IMG/VR virus record: IMGVR_UViG_3300005326_000044
Location: 28,720-92,719 of that record
DNA from: a virus
Length of the DNA: 64,000 nt
Direction: 5' to 3' (one strand)
This document shows, in pieces, positions 29,354-39,553 of this stretch (positions are counted from its first letter, which is position 1; each line of letters begins with the position of its first letter). The notes under the pieces were generated by a model that did no database searches, had not been told where the DNA came from, and worked only from the letters and a program-made list of their open reading frames with translations. The translations under genes and the position numbers were made by a program.

Positions 29354-30196
29354 ATGCCAACTATTCACGCTCTCACACTTACCTGGAATGGTAAACCACT
29401 TATTGCAAAGCTAGCTGATAGTTTGAGGTTAGGCTTTTTATCTACTGGCTTGCGTTGTATTTGGCATGTGCGTGATAATGGGTCTACGGATGGAACAAAA
29501 GAGTTTTTTGATCGTATTTACTGGAAGCAAGATATCCGATATTACTATGAAAGTCACAACAGAGATAATTACGCGAAATGTAATAACGATTTGTTTACAT
29601 GCGCGTTGATGGACTCTCAAAGTTTACTCAACATCAATGAAGATTATGTTTTGTTTATCAACAATGACATTGAAATTATTGACCCCACTTCTTTGAGGAA
29701 GATGTTGGATCTTTTTAGAGATGGGGTTGGTGTTGTAGGCTCCAGGCTTCTTTATCCAAGTGGAAAAATCCAGCATGGCGGAGTTGTGTTTCCAAAAGAA
29801 TATATAGGTTTACCAAAACACCTTGGGGTAGGAGAAGCGCCTACAAAATACACTTCCTTGAACAGGGAATTTCAAGCGGTAACTTTTGCTTGTGCTTTGG
29901 TTCGAGCCAGCTGTATTGTTGGCTTGCAAAACAAAAAGATCGATGAAGATTATCATTGGTGTTTTGATGATGTAAATACCTGTCTTGATATTGTTTATCG
30001 GCAAAAGAAGCGAATTTTATATTGTGGTGAGACGAACATTATCCATCATGAAAGTGAGACGCTTAAGAAAAATCCAATTAATAAAGTTTATGAGAAACAT
30101 AATTTTGCTAAACTTAGGCGTGAGTGGGGAAACATAGTTGATTACGATTATGGAAAGTATTTGACAGGCAGAGAAGGGTATAAGGTAGTTAAATGA
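29354..30196 (+). CDS. Glycosyltransferase family 2
   Basis: VRDNGSTDGT, LFINND, VGSRLLYPSGKIQHGG, AVTFAC, HHES. Confidence 0.9.
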   Translation: MPTIHALTLTWNGKPLIAKLADSLRLGFLSTGLRCIWHVRDNGSTDGTKEFFDRIYWKQDIRYYYESHNRDNYAKCNNDLFTCALMDSQSLLNINEDYVLFINNDIEIIDPTSLRKMLDLFRDGVGVVGSRLLYPSGKIQHGGVVFPKEYIGLPKHLGVGEAPTKYTSLNREFQAVTFACALVRASCIVGLQNKKIDEDYHWCFDDVNTCLDIVYRQKKRILYCGETNIIHHESETLKKNPINKVYEKHNFAKLRREWGNIVDYDYGKYLTGREGYKVVK

Positions 30197-30972
30197 GTGC
30201 TGATACGACCCTGATGATGGTGACTTATAATCGCCTGGACCTTACGAAAGAAACATTTGAAGGCGCCCTCAAATATACTGGTAGAAAGTATAATTTGATT
30301 GTTGTGGACAATGGGTCAACTGATGGAACGACAGAGTGGTTGCAGTCTGTTGATAAATCAATGTATCCTGAGATGGATGGATTGAAGATTGTTCTTCTAA
30401 CAAAGAACAAAGGGATTGCTTATGGTAGAAGCAAATGTCTTGCGGAAATGTTTCGTTCATTTCCAGAAAGCGTTTATTTGGGAACGATAGACAATGATGT
30501 TGCTATCCCTAATAAAAATTGGCTTGCTGATTGTATTGATGTTTTGAATTTTGCACCGAAAGCTGGCCTTTGTGCGGTAAATTATGAAGGCAAGACATAT
30601 CCTAAAACATCCGTCAAGACTGAGACAAGAACGATTCCGCTGCAAATTATTTTACGCACTCCAGGAACAGCCACAATTGTATTCAGGCGTTCTAGTTTTG
30701 AAAAGATAGGGTATTTCGTGAATTATGGCACATACGGTCACGAAGACGCTGCGCAGTGCTTAAAATTGCGGTTATCAGATACTCGATGCTCTATGTTATA
30801 TTACTTAGATGAGCCGGGGATACATCTTGGTGAAGGTGAACGAGATGTAGGCGAGTATAGAAAGATGAAGACAGAAGAGTTCAATAGGAATTACAGTAAA
30901 TTTGTAAATGATCTTCGAGCTTGGAGCAGTGGAGCAAAATCGTTATATACAACGTTCGTGGAGGAAGAATGA
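30193..30972 (+). CDS. Glycosyltransferase family 2
   Basis: VTYNRL, IVVDNGSTDGT, DND, YGHED. Confidence 0.88.
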   Translation: MSADTTLMMVTYNRLDLTKETFEGALKYTGRKYNLIVVDNGSTDGTTEWLQSVDKSMYPEMDGLKIVLLTKNKGIAYGRSKCLAEMFRSFPESVYLGTIDNDVAIPNKNWLADCIDVLNFAPKAGLCAVNYEGKTYPKTSVKTETRTIPLQIILRTPGTATIVFRRSSFEKIGYFVNYGTYGHEDAAQCLKLRLSDTRCSMLYYLDEPGIHLGEGERDVGEYRKMKTEEFNRNYSKFVNDLRAWSSGAKSLYTTFVEEE

Positions 30973-31916
30973 AAGCATATGTTGCCGGTCATAGAGGTTT
31001 AGTAGGGTCTGCTATTTGTAGAGAGCTAGAGCGAAGAGGAGATTCATTTATAACCAGAACTTCCAAGGAAATGGATTTACGGCAAGAGTCTGCGGTGCAT
31101 CTATTCTTTGAGCATTGTGGAGATCAATTTGATTGTGTTTATCTTGCTGCCGCACATGTAGGTGGGATTGTTGCTAACAATTCTCAGCCTTTTGATTTTA
31201 TTTACAACAACCTGATGATTCAAAACAATATAATTCTTGCTTGTCGTAAGTACAATAAAAAGCTTTGTTTTCTTGGAAGCTCTTGTATTTATCCAAGAGA
31301 ATGTCCTCAGCCCATCAAAGAAGAATACTTGATGACCGGGCCATTAGAGCCGACGAATAGTGCTTATGCAGTAGCTAAGATTGCTGGAATTGAAATGTGC
31401 AAAGCTGCTTATAAACAAGGGTTGAATGACGGCACTTCGTTAGATAGTATTATCATAATGCCTTGTAATCTTTATGGGCCGAATGATAATTTCGATTTGA
31501 CTAGCTCGCATGTGTTGCCAGCATTAATGAGGAAGTTTCATGAAGCTAAGGTAAATAATATTTCTCGAATAGAAGTTTGGGGAGATGGTTCACCTTGGCG
31601 TGAATTTTTGCATGTAGATGATTTAGCTAAGGCTTGCGTCCATCTTATGGATGGTGCGAGTTATAACGCAGATCATCCAATTATTAATGTTGGTTCTGAG
31701 ACTGAAGTCACTATACGCGATTTGACATTTGTCATAGCTTCTATTGTTGAGTATCGTGGTGAGTGGGCTTGGGATTGTTCTAAACCTAACGGTACACCTA
31801 GAAAAATTATGGATTCGTCGTACATTAGATCTCTAGGTTGGAAGCCTAGCATCAGTTTGTATCAAGGTGTTAAGGAAACGTACGAATGGTATATGCGAAC
31901 AAAAACACAGAATTAG
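30969..31916 (+). CDS. fcl: GDP-L-fucose synthase
   Basis: AGHRGLVGSA, LAAAHVGGI, LGSSCIYP, YAVAK, PCNLYGPNDNF..SHVLPAL, WGDGSPWREFLHVDD; GGAGG RBS before ATG 30969. Confidence 0.95.
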   Translation: MKAYVAGHRGLVGSAICRELERRGDSFITRTSKEMDLRQESAVHLFFEHCGDQFDCVYLAAAHVGGIVANNSQPFDFIYNNLMIQNNIILACRKYNKKLCFLGSSCIYPRECPQPIKEEYLMTGPLEPTNSAYAVAKIAGIEMCKAAYKQGLNDGTSLDSIIIMPCNLYGPNDNFDLTSSHVLPALMRKFHEAKVNNISRIEVWGDGSPWREFLHVDDLAKACVHLMDGASYNADHPIINVGSETEVTIRDLTFVIASIVEYRGEWAWDCSKPNGTPRKIMDSSYIRSLGWKPSISLYQGVKETYEWYMRTKTQN

Positions 31917-32938
31917 ACTCTGACGTTGTCTTTTATCCATTTTCGCCTGGAATTCCATGGAACGCAAAGTCCGGAATAATTGAGCCATATATATCTCATG
32001 ATATATGGTTAGAACTGATTAAGCCTAAAGAATGTAACGTAGTTTGTCCTGGCTTCTTTTTGGAAGTCCTTTTATTACCACTGTTTTCTAAAGTTCTAGA
32101 AAGACATTCGGTAAAGGTGGACAAATGGATTGTTCCATCTTACTACAATGATTTTTTGAACTTGTTTGGGATTACTACTGCTAGTAGTGTAAGCGGGCGT
32201 TCTATTACTGTTTTTACAGAGTTCGACAGACTGTTTCGAACTGTTCGTGACTATCCTGCTCCGGTTTTTATGGATAGGATGGGGAAGGTATATTTCAATT
32301 GTCTGTTCAATTATGGTGAAAAAGTAGACCCTAATGGGGATTTTGTTGATAGGGACTATGAACCATTTTGGAGGCAGGTTCTTAAGAACACATGTTGTCA
32401 CCCGTATGAGATATCTTTTCCCACTGTGGAACGAGATTTCCTACGTACTGTTCTTGAAAAATTATTGGTTCGGTATGGTGCTGACCCAGATAAACCATAC
32501 TTTATAGTTGATAACATGGTGCGTTCTTATCGAACAGCAGATTATCGCGTTGCGATTGATGAGCAGCTTACGTTGCCAAACGTCAACACCTTGGGTTCAG
32601 TTCTTTCTAGTTACAAGCATCAATGCGTGGTCATGGCTGACGGAGTTCAACAATACAAAATGCACAATGTATTTTCTTTGCCGCCATGGTACAAAATGAG
32701 TTCATTAGAATTTTTTGCTTTGTTGTTATTTGCCGGAGGTATATATTCCTCTGATCCAAACGTTTATATGTCTGGAGCCATTTTAGGTTGTAGCAGAATA
32801 GTAGCCGTTGGTAACTTTGACAGTGGATGGGAGCTTAAGGACGCATTAGAGATTTCATGTGCTGTTGATAAAAGAAGAAAATGGCAACAAAGAGATGACT
32901 TTGATTTGAACAGTGTTTTGAAAGTTTTGGTACAATAG
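31886..32938 (+). CDS. Divergent GT9 (heptosyltransferase)-like protein
   Basis: SSLEFFALLLFAGGIYSSDPNVYMSGAILG resembles the GT9 consensus SLxELxALIxxAxxxxGNDSGxxHLAAALG. Confidence 0.4.
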   Translation: MVYANKNTELDSDVVFYPFSPGIPWNAKSGIIEPYISHDIWLELIKPKECNVVCPGFFLEVLLLPLFSKVLERHSVKVDKWIVPSYYNDFLNLFGITTASSVSGRSITVFTEFDRLFRTVRDYPAPVFMDRMGKVYFNCLFNYGEKVDPNGDFVDRDYEPFWRQVLKNTCCHPYEISFPTVERDFLRTVLEKLLVRYGADPDKPYFIVDNMVRSYRTADYRVAIDEQLTLPNVNTLGSVLSSYKHQCVVMADGVQQYKMHNVFSLPPWYKMSSLEFFALLLFAGGIYSSDPNVYMSGAILGCSRIVAVGNFDSGWELKDALEISCAVDKRRKWQQRDDFDLNSVLKVLVQ

Positions 32939-32944
32939 GAGAAC

Positions 32945-35900
32945 ATGATTTTTGTTGGCAAAGACGTAAGAGTCTATATTCAGAATAGTAAAAACATTTA
33001 TGTGTTACATGATGCGTCTGGTGTTGTAATTAAAAAAAGCGGCCATATAACGTTTGATTTTCCTGTCGAAGCAAAAGCTGTTGAGCTTGTTATTTCTAAA
33101 ATTGGCGGAGATGGTAAATTTTTCATAGATGGAGATGAGTGTGTTGCATCTTTGGTTCGGAATAATTTTTTGATAGATACTTCGGCGGCCAAACAAATTA
33201 CTATTTCAAGACCAGTGCAATGTACTGGGGATATTATTGTATCTAGCCTTAGAATTATTCAATCTAACAAACAAGAAACAATCATCATGGCAAATAGTGC
33301 AAGCATTAGGTCTAACTTATCTAAGTGCCGGGAAGTAAAAGGTTTTACATTTGTTGTTGGGCATGTCTTGGCTCAACCTAACGCTTCCATTGAATTGGGC
33401 AAGGATGCAGGGCTTAAAACATTAATAACTGCGCCTGAAAATTGTTACAAGTTTGTTGATGATAAAATCATTTTTCCAATCAAATGTAAAATTATAGAAT
33501 TTGAAATAACTGGTGGGGCCGAAAGTAGGCAGAATATGATTGAAGAAGTCATAGATGCTGATTTAAGTAAGTCTCCCGAAATAGATGTTAGTAGCAAACC
33601 TCGTCAAGAAGAAGTGGCTGTAGCTTCTCCTGCGATAATTGACACTACAATCCATACAGTGTTTTACTCTTCGCAAGATAATAAGTTTTCATCTGCTGTT
33701 AAGCGACGTGGGCACTTTGTAAATTTGCGGCCGGGCCATGTGAATAATGAACTTTTATTGTATCCAAACACAGAAATAAAGATTCCGTATGTTGCTGACG
33801 CAGGTACGAATGCGGTTGAAATAATCATTGGAACTAAACAAAATCAAAGAAAAGGCTGTCCTATTACTGTTGGTGTAGTAGATTCTTCGGGCGTCTTTAA
33901 CAGTGAAGTTACATCAATAGAAGAAGCTGAGTTTAGAATCTATGTGCCTACTACGGTAGGGAATAATGAAGCAATAATAAGTATCCCTGCAAATTTTAAA
34001 GATGGGCTGAGGCTAAATAAACTTATCATTAGAAGAAGCTCGATGCAGAAGGTTGTAGAAGCTAGAGCTATAGCTACGGCAAAAATCCTAAATCTTCCTG
34101 TTAAGACGGCTAAATCAAATCAAGAAACGCTCGATACAAGCGTTAATATGTTGTCTAGCCTTGGCAAGAAACGCAAGGTTTCTATTGTGATGTCTTTGAA
34201 AAATAGAACCAATTTTCTTAAGTACACTTTGGAAACTTTGATCAAGCAAACAATGCCAAAGGATGATTTTGAACTGGTGGTTGTGGATGACGGCTCATCG
34301 GAAGATTTGGAAGGTTTTCTACTTAAGTACTCAAAACGACTGAACATAAAGTACATCAAGATTAATTACCATAAGTCTGATATCCCCATTTGGAGCCATA
34401 CGCCAGCGCTGTCGAATAATGTTGGTTTTAAAAATGCTGATGGAGAAGTAATTATCATTTGTGGTCCTGAGATTTTGCATAAAGAGACAAACCTTGAAGT
34501 GGCGTATCGAGCAGCGATGAGAGATATTTCAGCCTTTGGTTTGGTGTGGCATAGCAATATGCATTTTGTTAACAACGTTTTTGCTATGCCTGACCCGGAA
34601 AAAATCAGCTTTGATAATTATATGAAGATGAGCGGGTCCCAGCATGAGTGTATAACGAAGAACGCTTTCTATTGGTATTTGCTTGCTGTAAAAAAAGAAC
34701 ACGTAATGCGAATTGGTGGCGTTGACGAAGAGTATGGGCGAGGGGTCTGTGGTGAGGATGATAACTTTGCTGCGCGCCTCAATGTAGCAAAAGTGCCAAA
34801 TACTCATGCGTTTGACATAGTAGCTATTCATATGGAACACAATATGGGGGATGACAAATATGATAAAAAGCGTCATCGGAACACAAGAGAATGGAAAGAG
34901 GCGAGACAAATCAACTTAGTTCGTTGGAACGAATGGCACCATCATAAGAAGGCAGTAGCAAATGAGAACCGCGAATGGGGAAGCAATAATGTAATTGATG
35001 TGATTAAGTCTATTAGAGACGGTTTGGTTTTCGATCATAAAAACTATGATGTAACAACAACATATAAATTGAATAATTTGAAAGTTCTGTATTTGCCCTT
35101 AGCAAAGCAAACAGGGACAGAAGAGGCATTTAAGAAATTTGGAGTAGACCTGAAGATATTTGATTTTCTTGGGGCAGCAGGAGGTTCCGGTTCAAGAAAA
35201 AAGCAAGCTAATGAAGAGCTTGTGCGCGTTGCAACCGAATTCAAGCCGGACCTTATTCATATGCAGCTTCAATACACAAATATCATTTCACCTAGCACTT
35301 TACAAAAAATCAAGTCGCTTATGCCGAATGTTATCATGTCCAACTGGTCAGGAGATGTTAGGGCCGAAGTACCATCATATTTTAATGAGGTCGGTAAAGT
35401 TATTGACTATACTCTTATGTGTAATACAGGACAACTACCGAAATTAAGTAAAGTTTGCAAAAATGCTTTGTACTGGCAAAACGGAGTTAGTACAGCTGTG
35501 TGCCATCCAAAATTCAACACAGAACTAAAGTATGACGTTTGTTTTGTCGCTAATTGTTATTCTCAGTTTCCTGGTTATAAAGAGCGAATGGCTTTTGGAA
35601 AAGCGCTTAAAACTGAATACAAAGGCAAGTGCGCAATCTTTGGGGGCGGCTGGCCTGCGAACATATCAAATGGTTTTATAGAGTGGGACCAAGTAAATGA
35701 TCTTTATAACCAAAGCAAAGTAGTTATCAGTATTTCAAATTTTAATAACATTGCTGATTATTTTAGTGATCGCTTTTTGATGTCTATGGCTTCTGGTAGA
35801 CCAGTTTTGTCGTGGACTTTTCCTAATATAGAAAATTACATCACAGAAGGTGTAAACGGATATGTGATGAAGTCGGTTGATGAAGGTATGAGTAAGTTGA

Positions 35901-36028
35901 AACGGATGTTGAGTGAGCCCAAGATATTAGACCAAGTAGGAGCTTGCGGCGCCAAGACGGTGTTAGAAAATCATACTTTCGTTTCTAGAATTAAGGAGCT
36001 TCTTACAATCGTAAATCTTTTGAAGTAA
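32945..36028 (+). CDS. Multidomain glycosyltransferase: unknown N-terminal beta region + GT2 + CgeB-like GT-B
   Basis: VSIVMS..FELVVVDDGSS..GGVDEEYG..GEDDNF; then WSGDVR, YDVCFVAN, YFSDRF..MASG, NHTFVSRI. Confidence 0.85.
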   Translation: MIFVGKDVRVYIQNSKNIYVLHDASGVVIKKSGHITFDFPVEAKAVELVISKIGGDGKFFIDGDECVASLVRNNFLIDTSAAKQITISRPVQCTGDIIVSSLRIIQSNKQETIIMANSASIRSNLSKCREVKGFTFVVGHVLAQPNASIELGKDAGLKTLITAPENCYKFVDDKIIFPIKCKIIEFEITGGAESRQNMIEEVIDADLSKSPEIDVSSKPRQEEVAVASPAIIDTTIHTVFYSSQDNKFSSAVKRRGHFVNLRPGHVNNELLLYPNTEIKIPYVADAGTNAVEIIIGTKQNQRKGCPITVGVVDSSGVFNSEVTSIEEAEFRIYVPTTVGNNEAIISIPANFKDGLRLNKLIIRRSSMQKVVEARAIATAKILNLPVKTAKSNQETLDTSVNMLSSLGKKRKVSIVMSLKNRTNFLKYTLETLIKQTMPKDDFELVVVDDGSSEDLEGFLLKYSKRLNIKYIKINYHKSDIPIWSHTPALSNNVGFKNADGEVIIICGPEILHKETNLEVAYRAAMRDISAFGLVWHSNMHFVNNVFAMPDPEKISFDNYMKMSGSQHECITKNAFYWYLLAVKKEHVMRIGGVDEEYGRGVCGEDDNFAARLNVAKVPNTHAFDIVAIHMEHNMGDDKYDKKRHRNTREWKEARQINLVRWNEWHHHKKAVANENREWGSNNVIDVIKSIRDGLVFDHKNYDVTTTYKLNNLKVLYLPLAKQTGTEEAFKKFGVDLKIFDFLGAAGGSGSRKKQANEELVRVATEFKPDLIHMQLQYTNIISPSTLQKIKSLMPNVIMSNWSGDVRAEVPSYFNEVGKVIDYTLMCNTGQLPKLSKVCKNALYWQNGVSTAVCHPKFNTELKYDVCFVANCYSQFPGYKERMAFGKALKTEYKGKCAIFGGGWPANISNGFIEWDQVNDLYNQSKVVISISNFNNIADYFSDRFLMSMASGRPVLSWTFPNIENYITEGVNGYVMKSVDEGMSKLKRMLSEPKILDQVGACGAKTVLENHTFVSRIKELLTIVNLLK

Positions 36029-36655
36029 TTACCTGATAAGAGAATCAATATTAGGAACGTCTTCTTTGTACTTTAATAGCTTTACTTTGGATTCAGCGTT
36101 GCAACGATAGTTCCAAAAGTTCCTAATCTTAAAGCACCAATCCAAATCTTCCCCTTGGTTCCAGCATAAATTTTCATTTAGCGGATATTTCAATGTAAAT
36201 GATTTTTTGGAACAATAGTATGATCCAGAAGCATACATTTCTTTGGTTCTAGAATGGTCGTGATAGTGTAATAGTTTTGGCGGCCAAAGCAACCAGTCTC
36301 GAAATCTTGTATTGTCGTAGTTGAGAATAGGGTTCATACAAACATCCCAGTTGTCACCAAACGAGATGAAGTTTTCATACCATCCATCACAAAGGGCTAC
36401 GTAATCATGCAAAAAAGCGATGTTTTCAAAACGAGCTTCTTGTGATATGATGTTTTTCTTTCGAGTAATCCACATCGGTTTAATTTTTTCATTAAATGGA
36501 ATAATTTTTGTATTTTTTCGACTAATTTCACATTGCCCAACAATTATTACTTGATAGTGGTTTTCTGGTATTTTTTGTTGTTCTATAGAGTTAATTATTT
36601 TGTTGATGAATTCTTCTTTTTGTCCGCCAGTAATAATGCCGAATGTCCAAAACAT
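36029..36655 (-). CDS. GT-A fold (GT2-like) glycosyltransferase
   Basis: WTFGIIT, WITRKKN, FLHDY, WNQGEDLDW; GAGG RBS before ATG 36655. Confidence 0.7.
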   Translation of the reverse strand: MFWTFGIITGGQKEEFINKIINSIEQQKIPENHYQVIIVGQCEISRKNTKIIPFNEKIKPMWITRKKNIISQEARFENIAFLHDYVALCDGWYENFISFGDNWDVCMNPILNYDNTRFRDWLLWPPKLLHYHDHSRTKEMYASGSYYCSKKSFTLKYPLNENLCWNQGEDLDWCFKIRNFWNYRCNAESKVKLLKYKEDVPNIDSLIR

Positions 36656-36703
36656 TTTTCCTCTTAATCTGTTCTTCAAGATTCTTTGTTATTCGTTGTT
36701 GTC

Positions 36704-36711
36704 GATATATA
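36704..36711 (+). promoter_or_regulatory. GATATATA putative promoter
   Basis: In divergent intergenic gap, 30 nt before GTG 36742. Confidence 0.5.
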
Positions 36712-36741
36712 AGCCATAGAATCTCTGCGAAATGGTGGCTT

Positions 36742-38121
36742 GTGTTAAAACTGATAATTTTTGATTTAGATGGTGTGCTCGTAAAGTCAAAGGACCAGCA
36801 TTTTGAAGCTTTGAATCTTGCACTAGGTATTTACGACGAAAAATATGTTATTTCAAAAGAAGACCATATCAAAAAGTTTGATGGGTTGCCTACAAAACGA
36901 AAGCTGAAAGTTCTAACCGAAGAACGAGGACTGCCTGTTGAACTGTATGAAAAAATTTGGCAAGCGAAGCAAGAATTTACTTTTGAGATGATCAAGCGTA
37001 ACATTCATGTTGATTCTAAATTGGTAGCTCTATTTTCTAAGCTTAAGAAAAGCGGATTTACCATTTATGTTGCTTCAAATTCAATCAAGCACTCTGTGAA
37101 ACTTTACTTGATGAGATTGGGCTTGATGGAGTTTGTTGACGACTACCTTTCTAATGAGGACGTTACTAATTCGAAGCCCAATTGCGAGATGTATTTGAAG
37201 TGTATGGTAAAAGCTAAGGTTGAACCAAAGGAAACTATCATTGTAGAGGATAGTCCGGTTGGTCTGTTGGCAGCCACCAATGCGGGTGCAAATGTTTTCC
37301 GCGTAAGCGGCCCATCAGACTTGTATGATGATAAGCTTTTTGATTTCATTACCGGTTTAGGTAAAAAGACAATGACTAATAATACTAAGTGGCATAATCC
37401 AAAGATGAATATTGTAGTTCCAATGGCTGGCGCAGGTAGTCGTTTTTCTACTGCTGGATATACTTTTCCTAAGCCGTTGATTGACATCAAGAACAAACCA
37501 ATGATTCAGGTGGTTGTTGAGAACTTGAATTTGAGTGCCAATTACATTTTCATTGTGCGGGCAGAACACTACGAAAAGTACAATCTAAAGTATTTGCTGA
37601 ATATTATTGCGCCAAATTGCAGTATTATTCAGGTGAATGACATTACGCAGGGCGCAGCATGTACCGTTCTTCTTGCAAAAGACTTAATTAATAACGATGA
37701 ACCTTTAATGATTGCCAATTCTGACCAGTTTGTAGAGTGGGATAGTACAGACTTTCTCTATGCGGTAGAGTCGGGAAGCTGTGATGGCGGAATCCTTGTG
37801 TTTAACAGCACTCATCCTAAATGGTCTTACGTGAAGCTTAATGATGAGGGTTACATTTGTGACGTGCAGGAAAAAAAGGTTATTTCTAACATGGCGACGG
37901 TTGGCATTTATCACTTTACAAAAGGCAGTGATTTCGTTCAATATGCGGAACGTATGATTGAAAAGGATATTCGAGTTAATAATGAGTTTTACGTTGCCCC
38001 TGTTTATAATGAAGCAATTCTAGACGGAAAATTGATTAGGCCGTATCAAGTGAAAAAGATGTGGGGGCTTGGTACACCAGAAGACTTGCAAACCTTTCTA
38101 AGGGCACATGAAGAAGTATAA
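36742..38121 (+). CDS. HAD phosphatase fused to BcbE-like sugar nucleotidyltransferase
   Basis: IFDLDGVL, KP, VEDS..G HAD motifs; MNIVVPMAGAGSRF..GYTFPKPLI, ANSDQ, NNEFYVAPVYN, GLGTPEDL. Confidence 0.9.
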   Translation: MLKLIIFDLDGVLVKSKDQHFEALNLALGIYDEKYVISKEDHIKKFDGLPTKRKLKVLTEERGLPVELYEKIWQAKQEFTFEMIKRNIHVDSKLVALFSKLKKSGFTIYVASNSIKHSVKLYLMRLGLMEFVDDYLSNEDVTNSKPNCEMYLKCMVKAKVEPKETIIVEDSPVGLLAATNAGANVFRVSGPSDLYDDKLFDFITGLGKKTMTNNTKWHNPKMNIVVPMAGAGSRFSTAGYTFPKPLIDIKNKPMIQVVVENLNLSANYIFIVRAEHYEKYNLKYLLNIIAPNCSIIQVNDITQGAACTVLLAKDLINNDEPLMIANSDQFVEWDSTDFLYAVESGSCDGGILVFNSTHPKWSYVKLNDEGYICDVQEKKVISNMATVGIYHFTKGSDFVQYAERMIEKDIRVNNEFYVAPVYNEAILDGKLIRPYQVKKMWGLGTPEDLQTFLRAHEEV

Positions 38122-38428
38122 TTTACAAGATATGATAGGCGGATGGTTTATAGGTAACTTTGAACCATCTGTGGTCAAGATTCCTGATTTTGAGGTAGCA
38201 GTAAAGTATTATCTTGCTGGACAGTCTGAACCTAAACATACACACAAAGAAGCTGTAGAATTTACAGTTATTGTTAAGGGGACTGTAGTTATGAATGGCA
38301 AAACCTATATGTTAGGTGACATTATTGAAGTTGAAAAGATGGAAGCGGTAGGCTTTGTAGCTCTCACAGATGTGACAACGGTTGTAGTTAAGATACCAAG
38401 CGTGCTGGGAGATAAATATGTTGAGTAA
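38108..38428 (+). CDS. Cupin-fold protein
   Basis: GGWFIGNFEP, HTHK...E metal motif; usual neighbour of BcbE-like genes. Confidence 0.75.
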   Translation: MKKYNLQDMIGGWFIGNFEPSVVKIPDFEVAVKYYLAGQSEPKHTHKEAVEFTVIVKGTVVMNGKTYMLGDIIEVEKMEAVGFVALTDVTTVVVKIPSVLGDKYVE

Positions 38429-38867
38429 AGTTATAGCTCACCGTGGGAACCTGAATGGGCCTGGAAGTGTAGAAAATGATCCTAAAGGAATTCATGAGGC
38501 TTTATTTGCTGGGTATGATGTTGAAATTGATGTTTGGTTAGAAAACAATCAAATATTACTTGGTCATGATAGTCCAACTTATGAGGTTGACCTCAAGTTT
38601 ATCAAGCAAGATAGATTGTGGTGTCATGCCAAAAATGTTGATGCACTTTCCTACATGTTGAAAAATTCAATTCATTGTTTTTGGCATCAAGAAGATAATT
38701 ATACGATAACTTCCAAAGGTTATATTTGGGTTTATCCAGGGCAGAAGTTGGTTCCTGGTTGTGTAGCTTTGTTTGATTCGTATCTGTTGGACCATCTAGC
38801 TATAGCTTATGCTATATGTACAGATTATCCAACGTCTTACAATTTAGGTGAACAGAATGAAGTATGA
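38418..38867 (+). CDS. Short GDPD/PI-PLC-like phosphodiesterase
   Basis: IAHRGN..EN..GYDVEIDVW..LGHD..WCHAKN..ICTDYP. Confidence 0.8.
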   Translation: MLSKVIAHRGNLNGPGSVENDPKGIHEALFAGYDVEIDVWLENNQILLGHDSPTYEVDLKFIKQDRLWCHAKNVDALSYMLKNSIHCFWHQEDNYTITSKGYIWVYPGQKLVPGCVALFDSYLLDHLAIAYAICTDYPTSYNLGEQNEV

Positions 38868-39552
38868 TGACATTGTTAGCGCGGCGCAGGATGCGCCGGT
38901 AAAACTGCTGAAGGATTCTTTATCTCTTCGGATGGCCAAGCATGTAAACCCTCTTTCTATTACTGAAACAGAATTTGAGTTTATTAGAAGCACAATTGTA
39001 AATAACAAACTAAAAACCGGGTATGAGGTAGCGACGGCGTTTGGTGTTTCTGCTTTAGCTATGGCTCTTGGTATCAAAGAAACGGGTGGAAAATCTGTTT
39101 CTATGGATTGTTATATTGAAGAACAGTTTAATAGCTGTGAAGTGTATCGCGATAAAGATCGAACTTTGTATCAAGATTCTGATGGGTTTAGAAGCGCTTC
39201 TTTTTTGATGAAGCATTTTGGCGTTGAAAATCACATTACACTTGCTGTTGGCTGGAGCCCAGATGACACTGAAACCGTACTCAAAAATACATTTGGGCCT
39301 AAAGTAAAATTAGACTATGTTATGATAGATGCACAACATATAGACAAATCATTGATTGCAGATTTTGATGCGGTTCTTCCGTACATAAATCGCAAGAGGT
39401 TCGTGTTGTTTGTGCATGACCTACATTGTTTTACATCAGAAGCTATAGGGCATATTGAGCGTTCTTTAGAAACAAAACTTAGTGTTGTGCCGGAATGTGC
39501 ATTAGGGACAGGCAACGGTTATAATTTAGCGATGGCTACAAACATAAAGTAA
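38857..39552 (+). CDS. Class I SAM-dependent methyltransferase (Methyltransf_24-like)
   Basis: [23 protein letters not shown]. Confidence 0.75.
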   Translation: MKYDDIVSAAQDAPVKLLKDSLSLRMAKHVNPLSITETEFEFIRSTIVNNKLKTGYEVATAFGVSALAMALGIKETGGKSVSMDCYIEEQFNSCEVYRDKDRTLYQDSDGFRSASFLMKHFGVENHITLAVGWSPDDTETVLKNTFGPKVKLDYVMIDAQHIDKSLIADFDAVLPYINRKRFVLFVHDLHCFTSEAIGHIERSLETKLSVVPECALGTGNGYNLAMATNIK

Positions 39553-39553
39553 C

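Noticed and set aside
36643-36741. N-terminal extensions in the ORF track (also 30921, 40488, 42979, 45155, 58053)
   Set aside because: Overlap neighbours or promoters; downstream starts match domain boundaries or RBSs
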